IMG/VR virus record: IMGVR_UViG_3300026983_000007
Span: 1-36,089 of that record
Length of the DNA: 36,089 nucleotides
From: a virus
Taxonomy: Duplodnaviria > Caudoviricetes
Direction: 5' to 3' (one strand)
The first letter of the stretch is position 1, and every line of letters starts with the position of its first letter. Positions 24,846-35,127 of the stretch are shown in pieces. The notes beneath the pieces are model-generated. The model did not search any database, was not told the DNA's origin, and saw nothing but the letters and a program-made list of their open reading frames with translations. The position numbers and the translations under genes are program-made.

Positions 24846-25402
24846 AGCCCGCCGTTTACGACGACTTTCTGCCCGACGTGGCTGCCGTCCGTGCCATGGC
24901 GCTTGCCGTACCGTACATCGACCATGCCGCGCACGATGGCGAGGTCTACAAGCGCATCTGGATAGGCGATGTCCCGGGGCTTCAAAAGTCACTGGAGGAC
25001 AAAATCGGTCCGGTCGAGATGCTCGGTATGGGCTTCCGGCTGAACTACGCCGGCGAGTTGCCTAATAGGTCCATTCATTCGGACTTGGGCTGGGGGACGC
25101 ATGCGCTGGTCCTTTACTTGTCCGATGGTAACGGTGGAACGGCCTTCTGGACGCACAAAGGCTCCGGCGCTCGCACGATCTACGCGGGGGATCATGACCT
25201 CTATGGTCAGGTCAAAGACGACTGGAACGACGAAACCAAGTGGACGCAGCGCGAACTGGTGCCGATGAAGCTTAACCGTGCCGTGATCTACCGCTCGGCC
25301 CTGTTTCACTCGCGCTACCCCTTTGAAGCCTTTGGCGACGGCCCGGAGAATGGCCGCTTGATCGCTGTGGCGTTCTTCAACCTCAAGGAGAAGGACGCAT
25401 GA
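24842..25402 (+). CDS. 2OG-Fe(II) oxygenase-like protein (DUF6445-like)
   Basis: YDDFLPD, IHSD (HxD), LVLYLS..GGTAFW, NRAVIY...FHS, RLIAVAFF. Confidence 0.8.
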   Translation: MKPAVYDDFLPDVAAVRAMALAVPYIDHAAHDGEVYKRIWIGDVPGLQKSLEDKIGPVEMLGMGFRLNYAGELPNRSIHSDLGWGTHALVLYLSDGNGGTAFWTHKGSGARTIYAGDHDLYGQVKDDWNDETKWTQRELVPMKLNRAVIYRSALFHSRYPFEAFGDGPENGRLIAVAFFNLKEKDA

Positions 25403-25854
25403 TGACCGTCCGCCGTGCCACACAAGCCGACGTGCCGGAGATTCAGCGCATGGCTAAGGCGTTCTACGCCACCACCGAATACGCGCCGCTGGTCGACTAC
25501 GACGCGGCCACCGTGGATCAACTGGCCTCGATCATCACGGCGGATCATCTGATGCTGGTGGTCGATGCGCCGGCGCCGGGCAAGCTCCTGGGCATGGTGG
25601 GCATGATGTATTGCCCTTTCTCGTTCAATCAGGCGCTCAAGATGTGCGCCGAGGTGGTCTGGTACGTCGATCCGGCCGAGCAGCGCAACGGCGTAGGCGC
25701 GGCGCTTCTGGATGCCATCGAACCTGAAGCCATGAAGGACGGCGCCCGGGTGTTCCAGATGTTCATTCTTTCCACGTCCCCCGCCTTTGCCGGGGATGCC
25801 TATCTGCGCCGGGATTATGTGCGCGCAGGCCATTCCTTCCTTAAGGTGGTGTGA
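25399..25854 (+). CDS. GNAT-family acetyltransferase (P22 gp14 position)
   Basis: VRRATQADV, WYVDPAEQRNGVGAALL acetyl-CoA motif A. Confidence 0.85.
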   Translation: MMTVRRATQADVPEIQRMAKAFYATTEYAPLVDYDAATVDQLASIITADHLMLVVDAPAPGKLLGMVGMMYCPFSFNQALKMCAEVVWYVDPAEQRNGVGAALLDAIEPEAMKDGARVFQMFILSTSPAFAGDAYLRRDYVRAGHSFLKVV

Positions 25855-25855
25855 C

Positions 25856-26608
25856 ATGGCAGCTGTGACCGGTGCAGTGATTGGTGGGTTGGCGCTGGCT
25901 GACTCGGTCTACCAGAACCAGCAGAACCGTAGTGCCGCTGAAAATGCCTCCAAGGCCTCTCAGAATGCGGCCAATGCCGCCTTAAGCGCACAGCAGACGA
26001 ACTACAACAACACAGCAGCCAATCTTCAGCCCTATATCGGCGCCGGCAATACGGCGCTGGGGCAACTGTCCGCAGTCAATTCGGGCGACTATTCCGGCTT
26101 CCAGAACTCGCCGGATTATCTGTATGCCTTGCAGCAGGGCCTTAAAGGGGTGGATCGCTCGGCCGCATCGCGTGGAGCTCTCTATTCCGGTGGAACCACG
26201 GCCGACACCGAAGCGACAGCGGAAGGCTTGGCATCGCAAAACCTGGGGAACTACCGCAGTAGCCTGATGGGCTTGGCGCAGATGGGTGCGGGTGCCGGGG
26301 CCAACCTGGGCAGCGTAGGCGCGGGACAGGCGGCGGCGATCGGCAATATCGGCTTCAACAATGCCGCCAATCAAACCACGGCCGGCTACAACCAGGCAGC
26401 TGGAAACATCAATGGTGCCAACAATGTGAGCTCGATCCTCGGACAGCTTTATGGGCAGTACGGCAACACGTTCTCGTCCGCCAACGATTCCAGCTATGCG
26501 CCGTTGGGCAATGGGCAGAATTCCTTCACCACCGGCAATTACACCGGGCCTGGCTCCCTGTCCACCACCGGTAACTTGCCGTCGTATCTCGGCGGAACGG
26601 GGTATTAA
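25856..26608 (+). CDS. Ejection / DNA transfer protein (gp7-like)
   Basis: Ala/Gly/Asn-rich; LQPYIGAG, SPDY, SAASRGALYSG; start at ATG 25856. Confidence 0.8.
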   Translation: MAAVTGAVIGGLALADSVYQNQQNRSAAENASKASQNAANAALSAQQTNYNNTAANLQPYIGAGNTALGQLSAVNSGDYSGFQNSPDYLYALQQGLKGVDRSAASRGALYSGGTTADTEATAEGLASQNLGNYRSSLMGLAQMGAGAGANLGSVGAGQAAAIGNIGFNNAANQTTAGYNQAAGNINGANNVSSILGQLYGQYGNTFSSANDSSYAPLGNGQNSFTTGNYTGPGSLSTTGNLPSYLGGTGY

Positions 26609-26611
26609 TTC

Positions 26612-28546
26612 ATGAACGGACCCTATCTCACCAGCCCGCTGGAACAGATCAACGCCGCCTGGAAACAGGGGCGCGATAACGCCTTTCAGGAACAGGAAGG
26701 CAACGCCCTGACCTCGACCGGTGCAGCGCAGCAGCAGGCCTTGTCCAATGCGGCCCAGCTCAATCCGGCCGGGTCGCTCGACATGGCGCAGAAGAACCAG
26801 CAGGTCAACGGCCAGAAGCTGGTGAACATGGCCCGCTTGCTGGTCAATGCGCCGGATAGCCAGAAGGACGCGATCTATCAGAGCCTTAAGCCCACGCTAG
26901 GCGCGGTGGGCATCGATCCGTCCACGCTCCCGTCCACTTATGACGATACGGTCGCTCAGACGGCGAAGTCGCTGGTCACGGCCTATACGCCGACGAACCA
27001 GATTCCGGCCGCCGTGCGCACGGACCAGTACTTCACGCAGGGCCTCAATGATGATCAGAAGGCCCAGCACCAGCTGATCAAGGCAGGCTTGGCGGCGCGT
27101 GCCACGGCGGAAAACTGGCAGACCAAGGAAGTCCCGGACGGCCAAGGCGGCACGATCACTCTTGTCCACAATTCACGCACCAATCAGTGGGAACAGCCTG
27201 ACTTCTCGTCCATTCAGAACGGCAACAAGGACTACAGCGCTACTTCGCCTCCCCCCGTGGCCCCTGCTGCGGCGCCCGCGCCCGCGAGTGTCACCGGCAA
27301 GGGCTGGGAAACGACTATAGCGAAGCCGGACGCAGCGCAAATTGCCAATAGCGTCCTGGATCGTGGCGGAACGCCTGATGAGGCTGGCGTAGAAGTGCAG
27401 CGCCAAGTCGGGCCGAATCAGCCGACCGCCATTAGCTTGAATCCGCAGACGGGACGCTTTGAGAATCTTCCGATGCCTGCCGGTGCCGTGCCGCAGCGCC
27501 TAGACGAAAAAGGCAATGACATCACCGCACCTGCAGCACCTGCGGCACCTGCATCAGGTGGCATCGGCTACGCCCCTCCCAAGAAAGACACCAACGAGAT
27601 TGCCAAGCGCAAGGAGAACCTTCAGCAGTTCGCCAGCGCGGGTATCACCCTTACGCCCGACGAGCAGCAGCAGTACCTTTTGGATGGCAAGCCTCCGGCG
27701 CAGGCTGAGAAGCCCTTAACCAGCGATCAGGAGGCCATGGCGCAGAAGATCGCCCACTACGGGCTCGATACACCGGCACGCTTCCTGGGCGACCCAAAGA
27801 ACGCGCCAGTCATCGCCCGGGCTATCGCCATCAACCCGGATTGGAGCCAGGGCAACTACGCTTTGAACAATGCGTATCTGAAGGATGTGCAGTCCAACAG
27901 CCCGACCAGCACGGGCGGCGGCATCGTCGCGGCGAATACGGCGCTCAGCCATCTTCAGGCGATGTCCGATCTTTCGGAGCGGCTACCGGATTACCCCTCC
28001 GATCTCATCGGGCAACCGGCCACATGGATTGCTGCCCGTGGGAAAGGACCGGTTGGCGACGATTTGAAGTCCTGGGATACGGAATCGCAGTTGATGGCGG
28101 CCGAAGTCCAGAAGATGATCAAGTCGGGTGTGGCGACCGAAGGCGAAACGAAGGCGATGCTTGCGAATCTGGCGCCCTCTGCCCCACGGTCGCAGCGAAA
28201 CATGGCATTGGCGCGTTTGGCCGAGTTCATGAACGATAAGGTGGCCGAGCAGGAGACCAAGCGCGATCAGGTTCTTGGAGCGGCATCTCCCGGGACATCA
28301 TTTCTTAATGCTGCATCGCAAGATAAGCTGCGGAACGTGCTGGATCGTGGCAATCAGGAGGTTCCGAACCTTCGGCCGCCGTCCACGACCTTGCGCACGG
28401 CGACGCAGGCGAATGCCCAGCCGCCCTCCGGGGGTGGACCCACACCGGCACCGGTTCGCGTGAGCAGCCAAGCCGACTTTGATGCGCTACCATCCGGCGC
28501 GCTGTTCATCAATCCGAAAGACGGCAAAATCCTGCGGAAGAACTGA
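26612..28546 (+). CDS. Ejection protein (gp20 position)
   Basis: 644 aa, Ala/Gln-rich; gene order. Confidence 0.7.
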   Translation: MNGPYLTSPLEQINAAWKQGRDNAFQEQEGNALTSTGAAQQQALSNAAQLNPAGSLDMAQKNQQVNGQKLVNMARLLVNAPDSQKDAIYQSLKPTLGAVGIDPSTLPSTYDDTVAQTAKSLVTAYTPTNQIPAAVRTDQYFTQGLNDDQKAQHQLIKAGLAARATAENWQTKEVPDGQGGTITLVHNSRTNQWEQPDFSSIQNGNKDYSATSPPPVAPAAAPAPASVTGKGWETTIAKPDAAQIANSVLDRGGTPDEAGVEVQRQVGPNQPTAISLNPQTGRFENLPMPAGAVPQRLDEKGNDITAPAAPAAPASGGIGYAPPKKDTNEIAKRKENLQQFASAGITLTPDEQQQYLLDGKPPAQAEKPLTSDQEAMAQKIAHYGLDTPARFLGDPKNAPVIARAIAINPDWSQGNYALNNAYLKDVQSNSPTSTGGGIVAANTALSHLQAMSDLSERLPDYPSDLIGQPATWIAARGKGPVGDDLKSWDTESQLMAAEVQKMIKSGVATEGETKAMLANLAPSAPRSQRNMALARLAEFMNDKVAEQETKRDQVLGAASPGTSFLNAASQDKLRNVLDRGNQEVPNLRPPSTTLRTATQANAQPPSGGGPTPAPVRVSSQADFDALPSGALFINPKDGKILRKN

Positions 28547-28548
28547 CC

Positions 28549-30642
28549 ATGGCCGACCAGCTCGACTTCAGCAGCCAAGCGTCCGCCGTCGATCCGTCCA
28601 CGCTGGATTTCAGCGCGCAGGCATCCAGCCCGGGTCAGGACGCCAAGACCCTAACGGTCACGGCCAAGCGCGGGAGTACGCCGGGCGATGAGTCGCTAGG
28701 TTCGGATTGGCAGAACTACCTCGCTGGCATCGGTAAGGCCGTGGTTGATACCGGGCGCGGCGCAGCGCAGACCGTCGCCGGCACCGTAGCGCAGGCCATC
28801 GAGCCCACACGGCAGCTCTATGCGCGATTCAGCCCGGACGTGGCGCAGACGCTAGGACAGCCCGCTGCCATCAATCAGGCATTGAAGGAACAGCAGAGCG
28901 CGGCCGATGAGCGCGACGCACCCCTGCTTGGCACCAAGGCCGGATTGGCGGGCGATATCACCGGCAATGCAGCCTTGGTATTGGCGCCGGGTGCCGCGCT
29001 CAAGGGTGCGCGCGCGGCAGGGCTTCCTGGCGTCGCGAGTGAAAGCGCACTGTCCCGCGCTCTTCTCCCGGAGTCGGTCCGTGGGGCGACGATTCAGGGC
29101 GCTGTACAGGGGGGTGCGCAACCCCTGAATGCCGATCAACCCGACGAGGATCGAACCACCAATGCCGCCATTGGCGCCGTAGCCGGTGGTGGTGGTGCGC
29201 TTATTCCCCGCGCTATCGGTTCAGTCGTGCGCGGTGGCCGGGCTTTGGTGGCTCCGTTTACGGAAAGTGGGCGCGCCTCCATTCTTGCCGACCTCGCTAA
29301 CCGGTTTGGCATCACGGCGCCGAACATCACGCCTTCGGCCATCCCTGGCGTCAAACCGACCTTAGCCGAAGCCACCGGGAGCCCGAACGCCGCCAACTTC
29401 CAGCGCTCTCTACTAAACCAGCCAGGCGCGCAAGATGCCTTCGCCGAGCGCGCAGCCGCGAACAATGCCGCACGGTACAACTACCTGCGTAACGCCGTGG
29501 GGACGCCGGAAAGCATTGCTGCGCTGCAAGATACCCGGCAAGCGGTGAGTTCGCCGCTGTATGACTTGGCCCGGACGATTGATGACACGCAACGGGCCGC
29601 CGCCGCCAAGGTCATTGCTGGCGCCAATGCGAGCGCGCAGCAGGATGCGGCAGCACAAGCCGCGACCATTCGTGCGCAAGGGCGGTTGATCCCGGGCTAT
29701 CAGCAGACGGCGGAGACGGCGGCGCAGGCGGCGGAAAAAGCTGCGCCGACCTATCAGCTGGAAGCCCATCCGGCGATCCAGTCGCTGATGAATCGCCCCG
29801 TCTTCGCCCAGGCCGTGAATGTCGCCAAGACAGCGTTACAGGATGCCGGGCGTTCGGACCTTGCGGCCGATCCGCTCCAAAGTCTTGACGGCCTCCAAAA
29901 GGTCAAATGGGCGCTTGATCAAGGCGTCAATCAGGCCGAAGGGACACCGCTGCGCAACGCCGACAAGGCCACGATTGCCTCGATCAAGAACCAGTTCATG
30001 GCAGCTACCAATCAGCTGTCCCCGGCCTTTCAGGCGGCCAATGAACAGTATGCTGCGCACTCAGCGCCTATCACGGCTCAGGAAGTGGGTCAGGAACTTC
30101 TCCGTCGTGGCACGAGTGCCGCTGAAGATGTGAACGGCGTGCCGCAGGTTCAGCGCGCCAAGCTGGCCGGCGCGCTTCGGAACGCCGACACCATCGCGCA
30201 GAACGTGACCGGCCAGAAGAGTGCCACCGAAGCCTCGACGCTGACGCCGGAGCAGTCCAACGCCTTCCGCTCCGTTCTGTATGACCTTGCCCGTGGCGCG
30301 CAGGCCCAAGGCGGTAGTCTTCCGCCGGGATCGCCGACCGTGCAGAACGCCATCAGTCAGAACGTGTTGGGCAGCATTGGTGCGGTCCCAGGCCTTAGCG
30401 GCGTGACAGCAATAGGACCGCTGGCGCGCGTGGCGAGCGCCTTGGACAAGGCGTTCAAGGCAACGGACATTCCCGACAAGCTACAAGCCGAGGCGCGGGA
30501 GTTCGCGCTCAATCCGACGAGTCCTACCGCACAACGTATTTTGGAAAAGCTCACGCCGTCGCAGCGCAGTGCCTTGGAGCAGATTGCGACGCCCTACACG
30601 GCGCAAGGTGCGCAGGGCGTGCGTCAATCGCTTCAGCAATAA
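28549..30642 (+). CDS. Ejection protein (gp16 position)
   Basis: 697 aa; Ala/Gly hydrophobic segments; PTLAEATG motif; gene order. Confidence 0.7.
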   Translation: MADQLDFSSQASAVDPSTLDFSAQASSPGQDAKTLTVTAKRGSTPGDESLGSDWQNYLAGIGKAVVDTGRGAAQTVAGTVAQAIEPTRQLYARFSPDVAQTLGQPAAINQALKEQQSAADERDAPLLGTKAGLAGDITGNAALVLAPGAALKGARAAGLPGVASESALSRALLPESVRGATIQGAVQGGAQPLNADQPDEDRTTNAAIGAVAGGGGALIPRAIGSVVRGGRALVAPFTESGRASILADLANRFGITAPNITPSAIPGVKPTLAEATGSPNAANFQRSLLNQPGAQDAFAERAAANNAARYNYLRNAVGTPESIAALQDTRQAVSSPLYDLARTIDDTQRAAAAKVIAGANASAQQDAAAQAATIRAQGRLIPGYQQTAETAAQAAEKAAPTYQLEAHPAIQSLMNRPVFAQAVNVAKTALQDAGRSDLAADPLQSLDGLQKVKWALDQGVNQAEGTPLRNADKATIASIKNQFMAATNQLSPAFQAANEQYAAHSAPITAQEVGQELLRRGTSAAEDVNGVPQVQRAKLAGALRNADTIAQNVTGQKSATEASTLTPEQSNAFRSVLYDLARGAQAQGGSLPPGSPTVQNAISQNVLGSIGAVPGLSGVTAIGPLARVASALDKAFKATDIPDKLQAEAREFALNPTSPTAQRILEKLTPSQRSALEQIATPYTAQGAQGVRQSLQQ

Positions 30643-30729
30643 ACCCAGACCCACACCGACGAAGTAAGCTACGAAATACACTGACGGCGCGATGATGGCA
30701 CCCAAGGCAAACCGAGTAATCGTATCCAT
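30481..30729 (-). CDS. Small antisense membrane protein; possible superinfection exclusion
   Basis: GAGGA RBS; hydrophobic N-half lies in the intergenic gap; basic tail overlaps the ejection gene. Confidence 0.55.
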   Translation of the reverse strand: MDTITRFALGAIIAPSVYFVAYFVGVGLGLLLKRLTHALRTLRRVGRRNLLQGTALRRRELFQNTLCGRTRRIERELPRLGL

Positions 30730-30775
30730 GGGCTATCCTCGCGGCTGATATCGACATCCTACCTCGGAGCCACCC

Positions 30776-31570
30776 ATGAGTACCGCGTTTCGCCTCTTCG
30801 ACCCGTTCCAGGTGTTTACCGATCAGCACGGCGAGCTGGCGGTGGGTGGCTCGCTGATCTTTTTCACGACCGGCACGACGACACCCAAGGATGTCTTTAG
30901 CGATCCCGGGCTCACGGTCAATCTGGGCAACACCATCACGATTGGCTCCGATGGTCGTCCCGTGTCGGATATCTGGGGCAGCGACAGTTACCGCGCGCGC
31001 CTTCTGGATGACCGTGGCGTACAAATCGGTCCGGACCGGGATGCCATTGCGATTCCGGGGGGTGGAGCTGCCGCCCTCCCCACGCCCTTTATCCCGAATG
31101 CCCTTCTCACGAACGATGGCGCCTTGGCCGAATGGCTGACCACCATCCTTATGCCTGACCCTACCGGGCATAGCGGCAATCTCTTGGGCACCGATGGGAC
31201 GGCCGTGTTTTGGCAGACTGTGGCCTCCTTGGGCATTCCTACCATCACGACGGGGGGTAGCAGCATCGTATGGGGTGGCAAAAAGTTGCTGTGGGGAAGT
31301 GGCACGCTACCGTCCTCCGGAAGCAATACGACTAGTGCAGCGGTCACATTCCCCGATAGCGGTTTTTCGAGTGTGCCGTATCACGTTGGCGCCTTTTCGC
31401 AATCTGGCTCGGGCGTCACCTCGTCGGGCGGCATGCCCATCCTATCGGCGATCAGCCGGACAGCGACAGGCTTCACATGCTGGGGTGATACGAATGCCGG
31501 CTTCGCGCCTGGCTCGCATTTGATCACGGCATCGACCTCCTTCACCTACTTCGCCATCGGTCCGGCCTGA
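30776..31570 (+). CDS. Tail fibre/spike with P22-type head-binding N-terminal domain
   Basis: FTDQHGELAVGG...GTTTPKDVFSD...NTITIGSDGR; C-terminal WG...VTFP...YFAIG domain. Confidence 0.8.
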   Translation: MSTAFRLFDPFQVFTDQHGELAVGGSLIFFTTGTTTPKDVFSDPGLTVNLGNTITIGSDGRPVSDIWGSDSYRARLLDDRGVQIGPDRDAIAIPGGGAAALPTPFIPNALLTNDGALAEWLTTILMPDPTGHSGNLLGTDGTAVFWQTVASLGIPTITTGGSSIVWGGKKLLWGSGTLPSSGSNTTSAAVTFPDSGFSSVPYHVGAFSQSGSGVTSSGGMPILSAISRTATGFTCWGDTNAGFAPGSHLITASTSFTYFAIGPA

Positions 31571-33150
31571 TGGGCGTCAAGCAAGACCTGCCGCACGTTC
31601 GCCAAGGCATGCTCGATGCGGGCGCGGTGGCGTCGCGGCCGTACTACCTGTGGTTTTCGGCGGTGGATGCCAATATCAAGCAGAACCAGGCCGACATTGC
31701 GGCATTGCAGCAAGGTTCGGGCGGTGGCGGATCATCGGCAGCGCAAATCATCGGCAGCGATTCCGTCGCAGTGGCCGGATCGATAGCCAGCGGCGCGGTC
31801 ATCCTGTCGCTGGTCAATGACGAAGACAGCGTGCTGGCCCATGCGCGCTATGGGTCGGATAGCGGCGGTGGCAAAGGATGGGCCTTGATCGCGGATGATT
31901 TCGCCGATTCCGCGAACATCGCCAAGTCAACGGATGTCGATAATGTCGTGTCCTTTGACCTCACCGACGTCACCATGGGCACGGGCGGCGTGCTGCTCGC
32001 CATAGCGACCGATAGCAAAGGCCGCGTGGTGCAGCAGCATGCGGTGACGGTCACGGGAACAACCCATCAGGTTATTGTCACGGGCGGCGATGGCTCCGGC
32101 TCGACCATCGTTCTGGCGACCCCGCAGGATATCGACACGGCCTCATCGCCAAGCTTTGCGACGGTCAATCTCGGCGCCGACCCCACAGGCGCGTTACAGG
32201 CGGCGACCAAGCAATACGTCGACAGCATCGCGAACGGGCTGTCATGGAAAGCCCCGTGCCTGCTCGCCACGACGGCGAATGACACGCTCAGCGGATTGGC
32301 TGCGCGCGATGGTGTGACGCCCGTGGCAGGAAGCCGGGTGCTGGTGATGAACCAGACGGCGCCGGCCGATAACGGCATCTACGTGGCGGCGTCAGGGGCA
32401 TGGTCGCGTGCCTCGGACATGAGCACTTGGGCACAAGTGCCTAATGCTTCGGTGTTCGTTGAACAAGGCACCGCGAACGCCGACAAGGGATTTACCTGCA
32501 CCGCCGATCCGGGCGGCACGCTGGGTGTCACGGCGATTCCCTTCGTGCAGTTCAATGGCGGCGGCAGCGCGGGAGTGACCTCGTTCAACACGCGCACGGG
32601 CGCGGTAGTGCCTATTACCGGCGACTACACCTTTTCCCAGATCGGCGGCACGCTGGCGTCCTCCCAGCTCCCATCCTCGGGTGTCACGGCCGGCACGTAT
32701 GGGGATGCCTCGCATGTTGCCCAAGTCACTGTAGATGCCCATGGCATCGTGACAGCCGCCGCGGCGGTGGCGATCCAAGAGAACGCCGCCCGCGTGACGG
32801 TCACCATCAGCAGCCCGACCGGCGTTACGGTCACGGGGACGGCCACACTGTCCTCGGTGGCACGCTTGCTCACGATGGCGACTACCAAACCGTGCCGCCT
32901 GCGCCTCTATACGACGGTCGCCAACCGCAATGCCGATCTTTCCCGGGTGGTGGCGCAATACCCGCCGCCGGGCTCGGGCTTGCTATTCGAGGGCGTCACC
33001 GATCCGACGCTGACCGGCTTTGACTGCGGCCCGGTGCCGGAACTGTTCAATAATGAATCGACCGTGGGCAACACGATTGCCTACACGCTGGAACCAGCCA
33101 CCGCCGTGGCGACCAGCGCCACCCTTACGTACCAGGTGATCGCGCCATGA
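31570..33150 (+). CDS. Tail fibre protein
   Basis: AATKQYVD, LSGL...DGV...RVLVMNQT...NGIY...WSRASD, VTSFNTRTGAV, SGVTAGTYG. Confidence 0.85.
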   Translation: MGVKQDLPHVRQGMLDAGAVASRPYYLWFSAVDANIKQNQADIAALQQGSGGGGSSAAQIIGSDSVAVAGSIASGAVILSLVNDEDSVLAHARYGSDSGGGKGWALIADDFADSANIAKSTDVDNVVSFDLTDVTMGTGGVLLAIATDSKGRVVQQHAVTVTGTTHQVIVTGGDGSGSTIVLATPQDIDTASSPSFATVNLGADPTGALQAATKQYVDSIANGLSWKAPCLLATTANDTLSGLAARDGVTPVAGSRVLVMNQTAPADNGIYVAASGAWSRASDMSTWAQVPNASVFVEQGTANADKGFTCTADPGGTLGVTAIPFVQFNGGGSAGVTSFNTRTGAVVPITGDYTFSQIGGTLASSQLPSSGVTAGTYGDASHVAQVTVDAHGIVTAAAAVAIQENAARVTVTISSPTGVTVTGTATLSSVARLLTMATTKPCRLRLYTTVANRNADLSRVVAQYPPPGSGLLFEGVTDPTLTGFDCGPVPELFNNESTVGNTIAYTLEPATAVATSATLTYQVIAP

Positions 33151-34070
33151 GCGTCGGACTGATCGTTTGTCGAAGCACCGATTCTGGCGCTCCGGTGTTG
33201 AGTGGCACGAATGGCGCACTGGTCGCCGTACTCGATTGGGCGCTCGCGCAGAAGGGCTGGACGATCAGTGCCACCGCGACGAACCAGCGCATCTACAAGC
33301 AGGCAGCCGGCAATGGCTACTGCCTCTATGTGGCGCACGACTCGACCGTCTCCGGTAGTGCGCAGTACGCCACCATGCGCGGCTGTGAGGCCGCTTCGAC
33401 GATTGCGTCCCTCGTGAATCCGTTTCCCAGCTTGGCGCAGGTAGCCAATACGGTTCAGCGAGCCGCATGCTCTGCCGCTGTGAGCACTGCCGCTCGGCCA
33501 TACGTCATTTACGTGACGGACCGATACGTGCGCATGCACGTGGACATTAACTCAAACAACTCGCAGTGGTTTTCTTGGCATTTCGGCGACATGGTGGCAA
33601 CTACGCCAGGTGACGCCTATGCCACCTTCATGAGCGCGGGCAACGGTACCTATTTATCGGGCGTGTTCCTGATTGAAGCTGCAAGCGTTGGCTATTTCGC
33701 CCGCGATATCACGGGAACGATCATTTCGAGCTACAACCAGATGAATATCCGCGGCGCGGCGACCATGGGGTCGACCACTCGTGGCGTCAACGCGCGGGCG
33801 GGTTATATGAACCGCATATTGCGTGAGAAGGTCTCGTATGACTGCTATGGATCCACGAGTGCCACCATTGGCCCAACGTCGATCCCTTCGCGTGCATGGG
33901 CGCCGAACTTATGGACACCCGTCCATAACAACATTGGTTCAGTGAGCTTTTCGGACACTTTTGCCGACAGTGCCTACAACCCATCAGCCTCCTTCCGCGC
34001 CATGGGTTACAGCGCAACCGTATGGTCAATAGTGGAAGAATCGGACACCTGGAGCGCCCCGAGTGGCTGA
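33147..34070 (+). CDS. Putative tail-associated structural protein
   Basis: RSTDSGAPVLSGTNGALVAVLD N-terminus; coupled to the fibre gene. Confidence 0.7.
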   Translation: MSVGLIVCRSTDSGAPVLSGTNGALVAVLDWALAQKGWTISATATNQRIYKQAAGNGYCLYVAHDSTVSGSAQYATMRGCEAASTIASLVNPFPSLAQVANTVQRAACSAAVSTAARPYVIYVTDRYVRMHVDINSNNSQWFSWHFGDMVATTPGDAYATFMSAGNGTYLSGVFLIEAASVGYFARDITGTIISSYNQMNIRGAATMGSTTRGVNARAGYMNRILREKVSYDCYGSTSATIGPTSIPSRAWAPNLWTPVHNNIGSVSFSDTFADSAYNPSASFRAMGYSATVWSIVEESDTWSAPSG

Positions 34071-35127
34071 TTGGGGTGATACGGGGTTCTATCCGCCGGC
34101 CGTTCACCCTTGGTGGGATGCGGGATTTGGATCCGTCACGCTGGCTCAATCCTCCGTCAATGTGCTTGGCGTCAACACGATACGGTTCGGCGCCAACTAT
34201 TTCACGTTGGGACGGTCCCCGCTCAATCTGGTGATTGCCATCCCGGGCGTGACGCCTAATGCCGCCATCACGCTGACCAAGAACGGGCAGATGGTCGATG
34301 TCACAGCATCAGCGGGCAGCACGGCTTATTTCTATGACTTCCAGAACGGCACCTACATCGCCAACGACACGGTATCGGGCGCGTCGTGGAAAGTCGTTAT
34401 CGTGGGACCATCTGTTACGGTGACGCAGTTCAATGCCCCGTCCGGTCGTCCGGTGCTCGGCCAGGTGTTCCCCTTGGGGATGTATTTCGGAAATCAGCCT
34501 ATGACGTTGCCTACCTTTGTCGAGAACGCCTACATTTCGGCTGGCACTTACACACTGGCCGTGCCGCTCAATGTCACGCAAGTCCGGCTGCGGATGGCGG
34601 GTGCGGGTGCGGGTGCGGGTGCGAGTGCCACGGGCGCCTTTGGTGGTGGTGGTGGTGGGTCCGGTGCTTACGGTGAAGGCTGGTTCGGCGTGACTGGAGG
34701 CACCACGCTAACGATCCAAGTGGGCGCGGGCGGTGTCGGTGGTATTGCCGGTGCTGCAGCAGCGGCCAATGGTGGATCAACCAGTGTGTCGGGCCTGACG
34801 GGCGGCACCGTTTCCGTAGGCGGCGGCTTCGCCGGCAGTGCGGCCACCGGCAGCGCCAATGGGTCCAGTGGTGCAGGCGCCGGTGCTCCCTCGGGCTTCA
34901 CGCTGGCCCTTACCGGCTCCTACGGCGCCACGGGCTACGCGCAAGGGAGCAATGGCATTGGTGGTGCCGGTGGCCCGGCCTATAACGCGGGTGGTGCGCT
35001 CAGTGGTGGTGGCGCTAACGGTGCTGCGGCTACGTTGCCCGGCGCAGGTGCTACGGGTGGCGGCTTCGGCAACCAGAATGGCGGCAAGGGCCAGGATGCC
35101 GCCGTCATGGTGGAGTGGGCGCAATGA
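34063..35127 (+). CDS. Glycine-rich tail fibre/adhesin protein
   Basis: GTYTLAVP...GAGAG...GGGGGSGAY...IQVGAGG...VMVEW. Confidence 0.75.
   Translation: MADWGDTGFYPPAVHPWWDAGFGSVTLAQSSVNVLGVNTIRFGANYFTLGRSPLNLVIAIPGVTPNAAITLTKNGQMVDVTASAGSTAYFYDFQNGTYIANDTVSGASWKVVIVGPSVTVTQFNAPSGRPVLGQVFPLGMYFGNQPMTLPTFVENAYISAGTYTLAVPLNVTQVRLRMAGAGAGAGASATGAFGGGGGGSGAYGEGWFGVTGGTTLTIQVGAGGVGGIAGAAAAANGGSTSVSGLTGGTVSVGGGFAGSAATGSANGSSGAGAGAPSGFTLALTGSYGATGYAQGSNGIGGAGGPAYNAGGALSGGGANGAAATLPGAGATGGGFGNQNGGKGQDAAVMVEWAQ

Noticed and set aside
23655-24992. 445-aa minus-strand ORF
   Set aside because: Antisense to the gp10-like gene; no motifs
34598-34660. GGTGCG and GGT microsatellites as phase-variation tracts
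   Set aside because: Unit lengths are multiples of three and encode the normal Gly/Ala motif of the glycine-rich domain
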